Origin: Lama guanicoe
Taxonomy: Eukaryota
Assembly: GCA_013239625.1 (NCBI GenBank)
Contig: MU054391.1
Span: 7,161,095 to 7,223,094 of the forward strand
DNA length: 62,000 nt
Reading direction: 5' to 3'
Shown here: in pieces, positions 1 to 10,919 of the stretch
Numbering within the stretch: position 1 is the stretch's first letter
How the letters are laid out: each line of letters starts with the position of its first letter
Made by a program: the position numbers and the translations under genes
The notes under the pieces: generated by a model
The model's input: only the letters and a program-made list of their open reading frames with translations
Told to the model about the DNA's origin: nothing
The model's database searches: none

Positions 1-27
1 TGCCTTTCATGGGACTGTGTGCCCCTG

Positions 28-68
28 GTGTGTGTGTGTGTGTGTGTGTGTGTGTGCATGTGTGTGTG
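28..68. repeat. (GT)n microsatellite, interrupted
   Basis: GT run 28-56, then catg, then further TG units. Confidence 0.95.
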
Positions 69-1361
69 CACCCCCACAATACACTGTCTCCAGATCCTCC
101 TGTCCACACACTGGCCAAGTAGAGCCCAAGGGCTGCAACGAACGATTTAGATGGATGGTTGCCATGGGCGCCAAGGGAGGAGCCAGGCTCCACCCGCCTC
201 ACGTGAGATGAAGGAGACAGGCGTTGGTTCTGTTTGTCTGAGTGGCTGGACCAAGGAGAACCAGGGTCAGTTTAGCCATGAAGGGTACCGGTTTGAGACA
301 AGCTATGTGTCACCCACAAGTTCTCCACGTCCTGACAGAGTTGTGCTCCTTTGGGGCTGACATCTAACTCCAGCAGGTAAACAAGACCAAGCACAGGGAT
401 GAGGGACAACTTGAGAGACTACACAGGGTCTGTGAGAAAAGTGCAGGAAAATCGCGGGGCTTGCTTTCCCGCTTTATTTAAAACTGTCACCTTGCTCTAG
501 GAGAAATGGTGCGGGAGACTGAAGCCGAGAGATGATGAAATGGGTCTTTTTTCTCACCTGTATGATGTTTAGCATCCTGTGAGAATTCAGTAGATAAGTT
601 GACGCTTAACTGTGGTTGGACAGAAGTTAAGAGTTTGTTGAGATCTCAAGAGTAAAAATATAGAAAACGTAGAGATTCAGAGCAAGTAACAACCACTTAA
701 AAAGCTGGTCTGAGAATTAGGTGTCTTGAATGTTGTTGCAGGAAGAGCCTGAGCAAGTAGAAATCTTTGAAGTATTCCTGGAAGACACAGTATTTGACAA
801 AATCTCAGCTTGGAGGTTCCCGCATGTTAGCGAGTTTGTTTGTGGCAAGTGATATAATTTCCCTGTTTTCAAAGCTCGTGCAGATTTGGAAATATTTTCA
901 ATATAAGATGTAATTGGTTGATGTCCGAGATGGCCAAGACTCTTGCAGCTGTCTGAGAGTTGAGAGACTTGATTTGGAAATTGGGATTGCTGGAGAGTTG
1001 AGGTCAGGGTGAGGCAGGGAGAGGTGGGTGGTTTTGAGGTAGCAACAAACTCTTTTTTCCCCCTCTCCCTTTTCATCTTCCTTCCTTTGTTTCCCCTTCT
1101 ATATGCTACTACTTCTCAGCTTTACTTACTTGTAATTTAGCAGCTGGTTGGGACAGGGTTACCCAAATTGGAAGCACCTTCCACCCGGGTGTGTGTTCTG
1201 TCGACCCCTGGTGGCCACAGAGGGGATAGTCATGAAGCACACCCGTAAGGCAGTGGCTGGTGGGTGCATTTTCTGGGCTATTTGCACTATAGATTTCTGG
1301 GTCAAAAACATTTTAAAAAGTTTCTCTTCCCACTCTAATCATGCATTTGTGTTTTCTTAAG

Positions 1362-1491
1362 TCCTTCAGTTTCCCGGCCTTCAACACCTAAAAGTGACTC
1401 AGAATTGGTCAGTAAGTCTGTGGACAGGACAGCGCAGAAGAGTAACTTAGAGATGCTCTGGCTTTGGGGAGAACTGCCACAAGCCGCAAAG
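1362..1491 (+). CDS. LPIN1: LPIN1 coding exon W1 (PSVSRPSTPKSDSELVSK...MLWLWGELPQAAK)
   Basis: ttttcttaag acceptor, AAG|gtaagt donor; conserved lipin PKSDSEL and WLWGELP motifs. Confidence 0.95.
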
Positions 1492-2684
1492 GTAAGTTTT
1501 TTCCCCTTCTCAATTCTGCCTTGCCCTGAAGGTAGTTTCTAAAAACATGAAATGAACACAGTCTTTTCTTTAAAGAAATTTTATTTCATATTTCAACATA
1601 GTACAAGAATATTGGATTATATTATTATATATCAAACTTTTTTTTTTTAATATTATAGGAGAGGGCAGCTCTTTGGAGAGTAGATCTGTTGAGGTTAAAG
1701 CTGTGGATTCATTCCCTTTCTAGGTTATATTTAGCTTTCATGGAAAATGCTGATTTCTCTGCCCACGAGCCACAGTGCTGACCTAGCCAACCATCTCTAC
1801 ACACTCATGTCATTTGTTGCTGGAGAGACGGCATGAAAGTGCAAACTCATCACTTCTTCCAGCAGAACAGTTCTGACCACAGATCCAGTGTGGCGTTGTT
1901 TTCATTTGTGCTCGAAGCTGTGAAATCAGATACAGAAATGCATCTCCCCTCCCTGCTTTCTAACCCACAAGTTGCGTTTGGTTTTTGTTTGGATAAATCT
2001 TTTCCACCACTGGAAACTCCTTGGAGAGGTAGAAGTCAGAAATGCTGAAGTCCCACTCCGTGAACCAGCCACCAAATCTGTACTTGCTCACGTTGTGGGG
2101 GTAAACTTTACTGAAATAGAACACACATGTAGAGAAGTGCCCAGATCCCAAGTGCAGAGATCAATACATTTTCACACTGTGACTGGGTGACTTGCACGCA
2201 GGCCAAGAAATGGGCCTTAATCAGAACCTGGAAGCCCCCTGACCCTTCGCAGTTTCTGTTCCAGCTGACCACCCCCAAGGATAAACCTGATCTAGCCTCT
2301 GACGGCAGAGATTTGTTTTGCAAGATTCATCATGTTGTTGTGTGTAGTTGTAATTCACTTATTATTCTCAGTACCACCAACACCCTGTTGTGTGAATACA
2401 TCTCCCGTTCTCCTGATGGACGTTTGCGTTCCATCACTACTCTCACTCACTTCTGGTTGGCAGTCGATGTTTTATATGAGAGTTCATTTGCTTTGGAACT
2501 GCTATTCTCGGTTTCCAGACCTTCCGACAGGTAGGGGAATCACCAGGTGACTCCTGAGGCTCCTTTGTCTCCTGCAAAGTGTGGGGCCGGGTCTGCAGAT
2601 CTTCAACTGCCCAGTTGTCCTTTGGTTGACTCAGTTTTTCTCTGACCTTCTCCCTCCCTCTCCTTCCCTGCCCCTTTGGTCTAG

Positions 2685-3000
2685 TCATCTCCACACAAGA
2701 TGAAAGAGTGCAGCCCACTGAACAGCAGAAAAATCTGTGATAAGATGCACTTTCAAGCCATTCACAGTGAGTCTTCAGATGCCTTTAGTGACCAGTCGCC
2801 GACACTGGCCGGGGGACCTCCCACGCAGCCACCGTTAGAGCATAGCAAGCCGCAGACAGAGATGCAGTTCGTGAACGAAGAGGACATTGAGGCCCTGGGA
2901 GCAGCTGCCCCACCTGTGCCCACGATCGAAGAACCCAAACCCCTCTCTGCCAGCGCCGCCCCGGCCGCCAGCAAGGTGGACTCGCCTTCGAGGAAGAAGG
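2685..3000 (+). CDS. LPIN1: LPIN1 coding exon W2 (SSPHKMKECSPLNSRKICDK...DSPSRKK)
   Basis: Pyrimidine tract plus ctag acceptor in frame with ORF 2700..3275; AAGG|gtgaga donor; phase 1 joins the next exon as GAC (D). Confidence 0.92.
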
Positions 3001-4045
3001 GTGAGAAAGCTGGCCCTTCCCCGCCAACTCCGCCAGGCACACGTGGTGCCCTGCAAACTCCAGCTCCTTCCCTCAAGAATTCAGAGTACTTCAAAGTAGG
3101 AACAGCCCGTTTGCTCCTGTTTGGGCTGTGCCCTTTTGCTGGTTACCTGAGTTATCAGAACTCTGCTGTAGAAAGTCCGACCCCAGGGAGGCCTTGGGGA
3201 TCGTGTCGTGAGGCCCTCACAGTACAGATCAGGGGTGCGGGGTCCAGCCCCCTCTGGGACTCCACAAGACACTGATTGTTAAGCTAACCTGCACCACTCT
3301 CCCCTTGCCCCCAGTTTCCCTGTAGTGCGTGACCCTCTTTTAATTTCTGCGTACCGTGTGTCACTATTTTAAATGATCGTTTGTTTTTTGGCCAACTTCC
3401 CTACTGGAACACACGGGCTCTGTGAGGTCAAGAATCTTCTCGGCCTGGCTCACCTGTGTCCTTGGCACTTAGTGGGTGCTCCGTTCATGCAGTTTAATGC
3501 ACACCTGGTTGCTTGTCCAGAGCAATGTTGTTAAGCCTGTCTGTTAGCCATGTGGCTTTGCACAGGGTTCTAGGTTTGTATAAATGGATACATGATTCTC
3601 TGACAGTAGGAAACAGGAAGTGTGCAGTCACGGCGCCCAGGGGCTGACGATGCACCGTTGGGGATGCTGTGCTTCAGAGTATTGTTGGGGAAATGCTTAG
3701 TGAAAGCGATATTATTCAGTAATAATAACATCAAAACCAAATTGATACCAATAATAATAATCATAAAAATAATGGTAATTGTGTCAGTAGATTGGATGCT
3801 TAGTACCCTTCAGGCCTCCACGGTCGGGAAGCTGAAGTTCAGCAAATCGGTGACTGGCCACGGCCACAGGGCTGCGAGCGGTGGAGCCTGGGACCTGGCG
3901 GTGGTGCTGTGCTCCTGTGCTCCAGGTGGGGCGCTTCTGAGCCAATCCGCACATCGTGCTCACGCGCTCTTTCTAGAGACACCCAGAAGTCTGTAGGTCT
4001 TTTCTGGGAGAACGATGTTCTGATTTGATCCGTTTGCTCTTTCAG

Positions 4046-4139
4046 ACAAACGAAGCAGACACCTTGGTGCTGACGGCGTCTACTTGGATGACCTCACAGA
4101 CATGGATCCTGAAGTCGCTGCCCTGTATTTTCCCAAAAA
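4046..4139 (+). CDS. LPIN1: LPIN1 coding exon W3 ([30 protein letters not shown])
   Basis: tttcag acceptor, AA|gtaaaa donor, 94 nt; conserved lipin motif. Confidence 0.96.
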
Positions 4140-4776
4140 GTAAAACGTCTTTCTATTCTTCGTAGCATTTTCTGCAATCTGTATGTTAATCTGCAAGTCC
4201 ATTTTTTTCCTTATGTTTGATTGGAAAGTGAGTAAGAAAAGGTAGCAAGTGGCTCACGTTTCACTGTGAGGAGCAGCCATAAGAGCAGTGCACTCTGTAG
4301 ACGTCTGTGTGTGGACGTAGCCCCGGGGCTGGCTTCCGAGCAGGAATGCAGGCACGAGGCCAGCTCCCCGTGGCACTGAGGTCACGTCACAGTGGTCAGT
4401 GGCCCACAACCCAAGTCAGTGGCAAAGACCCTGTCCCTCCCTAGGGGAGAGTCTCCCGTGGCCCGTCTTCCGTTCCCCCAAGATTTGTAGGGAGGGCCCT
4501 TGGAGGGTGATGACAGAGGCCTGAGGCCCTTAGGACAGGATTCTTCCTCCTCAGTCCATTTCATGTGTGTTTAGAGAGGATACAGGGGGACGGACAGGCT
4601 AAAAATGATTGTTTTCTCTCCTAAGGTAACACATTTAACTTGTCTGTCTTTGTCTTGGAGCTTTGATGAAAGTCTGTCTGGTGGGGGATGTCATCTGCTC
4701 CTCTAATTGCTGGGGTCACTTTATGTCCATGTCAGGCCCCAGACAAGGACTCAGTTTCTGCTTTTGCTCTTCCCAG

Positions 4777-4967
4777 CGGAGACCCTTCAGGGCTCACAAA
4801 ACACGCCAGTGACAACGGAGCCCGGTCAGCCAACCAGTCCCCGCAGTCCGTGGGTAGCTCGGGCATCGACAGTGGCGTGGAGAGCACCTCGGACGGCCTG
4901 CGGGACCTGCCGTCCATCGCCATCTCCCTGTGCGGGGGCCTCAGCGACAACAGGGAGATCACCAAAG
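4777..4967 (+). CDS. LPIN1: LPIN1 coding exon W4 ([29 protein letters not shown]...[14 protein letters not shown])
   Basis: tcccag acceptor, AAAG|gtacct donor; start of the M-LIP domain (SLCGGL). Confidence 0.96.
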
Positions 4968-5003
4968 GTACCTCTGGCGGTGGCGCTGGTCCTCGAGCCT
5001 AGA

Positions 5004-5017
5004 GCGCCCCCTGGTGG
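5004..5017 (-). promoter_or_regulatory. CTCF consensus motif
   Basis: Reverse complement reads (GG)CCACCAGGGGGCGC(T), essentially the CTCF core consensus. Confidence 0.65.
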
Positions 5018-6066
5018 CCGCTGGTCGGAATGTCTGGAAGCGCGGCCTCCTGTGATCCATTCAGGCCACAGGGCGCTTTTCTCTGGTGTGATTAGTGACA
5101 ACCCCTGACTCACAGCTGCTAGCTGGCAGGTGGCTGCCCTCAGGGTTCTGTGGGTCACAGGTGGCTCCAGGCGACAGCAAGGCCACTGGGGTCACTCGCC
5201 ATCAAGTGTGTTTGCTGGGCGCAGTGCTGCCTTTTGGCCCTGAGCTGGTCCTGCAGGCATGTCTGCGGGTGGGAACTTAAGCACTGGGAAAACGCAGTGC
5301 GCTGCAGGTGTGGGGGAAATGCTGTGGGTCCTGGCAGGGGAGGGTGTCCGAGCAAGTCCTGGGACGCTTCCCAGCTGGATCTGGGGGGTGCTGGCTTAGG
5401 GAATGAATTAATGCATAGTGCCCACCCTGTTTATAAAAGCGGTTTCTCAGCGTCTCTTGCCAGTTACGTGGTGACATGGCCCTGAGACCTCAGTCGGTTC
5501 ACTCAGCTGTTCCAGCTGATGCACGTCTGGACCTGGGTGTCCCTCCCCTCTGCCCCACCTGGTCTAGGCAGGTCACTGTGCTTTCATTCACAGCCTTGTC
5601 CATCCTCACGACCACCGAGGAGGTGGGCGTGGTCTCTGTCCCCACGTTACAGCTGAGGGGAGTGAGCCTGGGCTGATGAATCACTTGCTCAAGTTCACAC
5701 CAATGACTGATTTAAACCCAGGTAGCCTGACCTGACCTCGAGTCCTGCCCCGCATGCATCTACTTCTGCAGGTGCGTGTGTGTCCTGGTTCCCACACGCC
5801 TGCTCCTCGCGTAAACATGTGCCCTAATTAAGGGTGGGCTTCCCCCACATCCTCCGACTGCCCCTGCCTCCCCTCAACTCTGCAGACTCTACCCCCAAGA
5901 CTAACTGAAGCCCCCTTTACAACTAGATTTTACGGGATTGTCTGCACAGTTGGAATGCTTGAACTCTCAGAAGACAGCTATGAATATGAGCTCGTGAAAA
6001 ACAGGCCTGTTTTTTGAACCAGATTTTCCTTACATTTTCCCCTCTTCCCCACGATTGCTTTCACAG

Positions 6067-6160
6067 ACGCATTTCTGGAACAAGCTGTATCATATCAACA
6101 GTTTGTGGACAACCCTGCCCTCATCGATGACCCCAATCTCGTGGTGAAGATCGGAAATAA
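6067..6160 (+). CDS. LPIN1: LPIN1 coding exon W5 (AFLEQAVSYQQFVDNPALIDDPNLVVKIGN)
   Basis: tcacag acceptor, AA|gtaagt donor; M-LIP domain. Confidence 0.97.
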
Positions 6161-6934
6161 GTAAGTTCTTTCTGAAAGTCATTTTGGCCTTCGTGGGATA
6201 ACATCTCAGCTTCAGGATTTCAGCTGTAGAGACCTAGACGTTAACCTTCAGGAATGAATACGATTAAGTCTCTGTTAAAATCTGTTATTGTCTCTTCACC
6301 ATTGGCTGGATACTGCGCTGCTACAGAGTTAGCACGTTGACGTAACCACAGACCCTGTGGGTTTTTAGTTCACCTGCACTAGATTTTGCAATGGAACGTG
6401 TGACATCACTGCCTTGGCATGTGGCTCTTGGCTCATGTACTGCCTAGTACTCCACACCAGTGTCACACAACAGACTGAGGTTCCACTCCTGAAAGCTTCG
6501 CCGTCTGAGGTCAAGGGATGTGCACGTGTTTTTACAGACTGTTGGCAAACTTTTGTCTCTAAAAGGAAGTCCCAGGTGTTCATGTGTTAACTGAGGGCAT
6601 GAAGCGTGGCAGGAAATGCCCAGCACGTTGGTGGCTCGATGCACAGCGGGGCATGGGCTGCTCTCAGCTGGCCACAGGGTCACTTGCCGCGTTGTCTCTG
6701 CTGCTGCCGTGACGTCTGCTTGGCCCCTCAGTGTGGCCGCTGGGGGTTCAGATGGAGGAGGGGCTCCTGCCAGGGCAGGCATGTAGGGGACCACCAGAGG
6801 GGTTGGCTGCAGGACTGCGCTCTTTACTGACCCAGCTGGAGCTCCAGAGCCTCCCACGAGCACTTCTCAGGACATGAGAAAGGTCGTCAGTCTGAGCTTT
6901 GGTCTTCTGACGTCTCTTCACTGTTTCCCGTTAG

Positions 6935-7004
6935 GTACTATAACTGGACCACAGCAGCGCCTCTGCTCCTGGCAATGCAGGCCTTCCAGAAACCTTTGCC
7001 AAAG
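6935..7004 (+). CDS. LPIN1: LPIN1 coding exon W6 (YYNWTTAAPLLLAMQAFQKPLPK)
   Basis: cgttag acceptor, AAG|gtgagc donor; M-LIP domain. Confidence 0.97.
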
Positions 7005-7899
7005 GTGAGCTTTAACACGAGAAGGAAAAGGGACACTAAAAATCATGGCTAGATGAATCTGGGTGATTGAATTGAACTTTTATTTTAGAAACCTGAAAGT
7101 TAGTGACATTGTGCTCTTTGGAAGTTCATGAGTATAAACATCAGGGGTCTCCAGTCTCTCTCTGGCATCTTAAGTGTCCTTCCCCTTCCTCCTTATCAAG
7201 GCAAAACCTCCCAGTTGCGGCAGTGCTGCACCAAGTCCTGCCTCCTCCAGGATTCCTATCCCAGCATCTGCCGTGCCACGAACACAGGCGGGCAGAGCAG
7301 ATGGGTGCGACCATCAGAGCCCAAGGCCAGTGAGGGGAGAAAGGTGGGAGCAGACGGCAGGCTTGGGTGCAGGCAGGCGCCATGTGGATGCCAGGTGCTA
7401 GGTGCCATTGTCAGCGTCAGGCATCGCTCAGCCCAGAAGCAAGCCCTGGGCCGATTGGCCGAGGAGGAGTGAGTGCAGGTCCTGGGCGGCCGCTCGCTGC
7501 ACGTGAGAGCAGGTGGGTGCCTGCAGGGAAGAGGCGGGGGGAGCGGCAGCTGCGCTGCTGCAGGCCACCCTCCACCCCTGCTGTCCTCACCCCCGTGCCC
7601 GCATCCTCCTGCCGACGGTTCCCGCGCCTCGCCTGGAACTGACCGTTCTGCAGCGTTGGGTCTTTCGGCTGAGGTCGTGTTCTCCAGAGTGTCTCTGATT
7701 TGTCCCTGCCTGGCTCTTCACAGTGTCCATGGCCCAGGACAGATGTTTATGTTCCACGTCTCAGCTCTTACACATCAGTGAGGAAAAAGACCAGTGCCAT
7801 GGAAATACGATTATAAAGGATATAGGTCAAGGGATGTGCACGTGCAGAGAAAGAACTATCTGGACTCTTGTACTTTAAGAAATTGGTCTTTGTGGTAGG

Positions 7900-9080
7900 C
7901 GTTTAAATCTTTTGATAGGTTGTCAATCATTTTTTAACTCTGTTTATGATGTTTATCTAATATAGAAATTATTTCTGTATGTAGAATTTGTCAGTCTTAT
8001 ATTTAGTGGCTGCTGGGTCTTGTATTGCACTTAGAATGGCCTGGTCCCCATTTCTAAAGCTTGTGAAAATACGCCCCGTCTTTCCTTCTAGTACATTCTT
8101 AAACCTTTGATTTATCTAGATTTTATTTTGAGAGTAATGAGTGAGGTATCAGGAACCGAACTGATTTTTTTTTCCCGCTGGTTATTGAATCAGGATGCTT
8201 TGGTGGCAGGAAACAGGGTGACTGCAAATGGCTTAAATAATAGGGGTTTATTATTGTACATAATAAGAATCCTAGAGGTTGGCTGTTTGGGTCTTGATGA
8301 GTCTGTGTGAGCATCCCTGTGCTTCTCCTGGCTTTCCCTTTATGATCACGAGAGACTGTTCTACACGCCATAGCCTCAGACAGCCACGTCCCAGGGAGTA
8401 GGGATAGAGGCAGACTGCTCACAGTTCATTGGCCACAACTTTGTCACACAGTCACTTCCAAGCCAGTTTTTGGCTCAGGAGTGGGATGTTATGCATGGTG
8501 CAGACCAGTCAGGGTCCTCCTCTGAAATTGGGCCTGCCTTCCCAGAATGTAGTGCAGTCTGAGTCTTGAGCAGAGTTATGGATATGCTGGCAAGAAAAAA
8601 AGGGGATGATTCACCCAGGGAGGCAACTGATAGGGTCTGGCAGGGCTCCCTGGTCATCCCAGTACCTTTCATGACGTAACACTTTCCCCCACTGATAGGC
8701 AGTTACAGCTTTATCATCTACTACGTTCCTCTGTGAGTTTAGATTTGTTTCCGGACTTTGTCTTCTGTTCCATCAATATGTTTACTCCTGCCCCACTGCA
8801 TTCTGTTAGTCACTGTAGCTTTTAAATATATTTTAGTATCTAGTAAGGCTTATGCCTATTTATTATTCTTCTATCTGTGAGTCGTCTTGGCGATTTTTGT
8901 TTGTTTTATAATGAACTTGAGAATCAGTTCGTCTAGGTCTGAAAATAATCTTGTTAGGTTTTTTAAAAATTGGAGTCTTGTTACCTTTCTGGATGAAATA
9001 GGAGGAGTAGGGTCATTGACATCTTTATGAATTGTTCTGTTCATGATTTGCTTTTTAGTGTATTCAGGCTTTCGTTCGTG
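7900..9080 (-). mobile_element. Old L1M relic, probably interrupted by an MLT1-like LTR fragment (~8170-8600)
   Basis: T-rich degraded antisense L1 ORF2-like phrases; internal segment resembles a MaLR LTR. Boundaries approximate. Confidence 0.5.
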
Positions 9081-9696
9081 TCAGGGATTTTTAAATGATA
9101 AAAAGAAGCACACTTTAGGCTAAATATGTGAATTATTTCATCTTGTCACTTACCTGCAGCTTGTTTGGTTGAAAGACTTAAATCTTTTTTTCATTACCAG
9201 TTGAGGTATCAGCTACTGGATAGTTCTGTAAACCAAGGAAGGGAAATGAGATAACATTCACCCTGGTACTGGAGTTAGCCTCAAGATGTATATTTTGTTC
9301 TTTGGGAAAAAATTGTTAATTAATATTTGTCTCCTATTCAACTTGCATTTATTTAGGGCAAGAGTGTGAATTTTCTTTTTAATTCTTGAGGTTTTAAACC
9401 AAATGCATCTATTAATGTTCAGTTTGCCAAAATTTGGAAGTTTACATTTACTAAAAAGATGCTGCGCATTTTACCTTTTGTTTAAAACTGTTTATCTAGA
9501 CCCCTTATTAATCATTTCATTTTTCATTTTATAATCATCATATTGAGAATAACAATATCTTAAAATCAATAAACTACTTTAATTTGAAAACTCCTGGTCT
9601 GGCTAATCACTAATGATTTTTCAATGCTTTCTTTTTCTGTTGTTGTTGTGTTGTATTTTATTTGTTGTTTGTTTATTCCTTTAACATCTTCTTAAG

Positions 9697-9774
9697 TCTT
9701 CATGCTTAAGTTACCTTAATGTAATTTTGGACGCCATTAGGTTTTGCTTCTCAAAAATTTTTAATCCACAAATA
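9697..9774 (+). CDS. LPIN1: LPIN1 alternative gamma cassette exon, 26 aa (SSCLSYLNVILDAIRFCFSKIFNPQI)
   Basis: cttaag acceptor after a long U/UG tract, ATA|gtatgt donor, 78 nt, phase 0/0, stop-free. It lies between KPLPK and ATVES, where the 26-aa human lipin-1 gamma insert sits (recalled). Confidence 0.88.
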
Positions 9775-9905
9775 GTATGTTGTGTTCTCTCTGATTTTTT
9801 TTTTTAAATGTTACTTTAATTTGCATGTGCGTGTCCTTTGGTTTGAATGTGCTAAGTTGATCTTTTTTTGGTTCCATTATTTATGTTACCATCCATTTGA
9901 AACAG

Positions 9906-9998
9906 GCCACGGTGGAATCTATCATGAGGGATAAGATGCCCAGGAAGGGAGGAAGATGGTGGTTTTCATGGCGGGGAAGAAACACCACAATCAAAGAG
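9906..9998 (+). CDS. LPIN1: LPIN1 coding exon W7 (ATVESIMRDKMPRKGGRWWFSWRGRNTTIKE)
   Basis: aacag acceptor, GAG|gtaagc donor; WWF hydrophobic motif at the end of M-LIP. Confidence 0.97.
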
Positions 9999-10755
9999 GT
10001 AAGCCTGGAAAACGGGAGCGTTTCTACGTAGCTCAGCAAATTTGAGTTTTGTGTAGTGGGGTCTGTTTTCATGCTCGTGTGTCACCCGGAGTGTGCAGGA
10101 GGCACACTTGAAGCAGGAGAACGCGCCCCAGGATGAGGGGAGGCGGAGCAGAAGGACCCGGGGAGTGAGCAGAGAGAGTTGGTTTCACCTCCTGGCTCTG
10201 CTGCCTCTGAGCTTGGAGGCCGTGGTCAGGTCACTCGCGCTCTGCAACATTTCATCTGCAGAAAGAAGAGAGTCACCCTGATGCTCACATTTTCCTTGAA
10301 GTTCCATGTCTTCCTGTTGCCGTGGGGACAGTCTTTCCGAGGTAGACTTACAGCAGTGGACCAGTTCTCACTAGTCTTTTCCCTTCAGCGGCGTGTTGAA
10401 ATATACATGACCTTGGTTTCCGTTTCTATAAATGCCTGTGAGTTTTTCCAGGTCTTTGCCGGCCTCTCCACCTGTTTCTTGAAGCACTTTGTTTGCTTGG
10501 CTTCCAGGACAGTGTGTCACCTGGCCTTCCTCCCCCAGGGGCTGTTCCTCCCCCGGCTCGGCCCCTCTAGAAGTGGGTCCTCAAGGGCTGTCTCAGGGCC
10601 TCCTCTTCTGCCTCCACTGCCTGCTTCTCCCCTGGCAGCCTCACCCACAGCCACGCCATGACTCCCTTTTTATTTCCAGAGGAGACACTGTTTTGTACTT
10701 ACATCCCTTTATGTAACCACTTAGGTAGACATCTCCATGTGGATGCTGCACGTAC

Positions 10756-10910
10756 TTTTTTTTTCCTTAAATGTTTTTATTTTTTAAATTGTTTGGTGGG
10801 AGGAGCTAATTAGGTTTACTGATTTATTTATTTTTAGAGGAGGTATTGGGGACTGACCAGGACCTTGGGTGTGCTAAGCATGCATTCTACCCCTTGAGCT
10901 ATACTCTCCC
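10756..10910 (-). mobile_element. tRNA-derived SINE, camelid vic-1 type
   Basis: Reverse complement GGGAGAGTATAGCTCAAGGGGTAGAATGCATGCTTAGCAC...GGTCCTGG...CCCCAATACCTCCTCTAAAAATAAATAAA: tRNA-like head (A box, degenerate B box) and A-rich tail. Confidence 0.85.
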
Positions 10911-10919
10911 TGCCCCTTC

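Noticed and set aside
158..170. RFX X-box-like GTTGCCATGG
   Set aside because: Only a partial palindrome with no supporting context.
1..1361. Lipin-1 beta alternative exon, expected upstream of exon W1
   Set aside because: No sequence resembling the recalled beta insert (SLVDC...) was found here; it probably lies upstream of the window.
3001..3275. Extension of the 191-aa ORF 2700..3275 beyond the donor site
   Set aside because: Intronic read-through after G|gtgaga; lipin similarity stops at 3000. The same applies to the ORF extensions around W4, W9, W10, W12 and the terminal exon.
10830..10910. Possible tRNA gene
   Set aside because: Degenerate B box, no complete cloverleaf and an A-rich tail; it is a SINE head.
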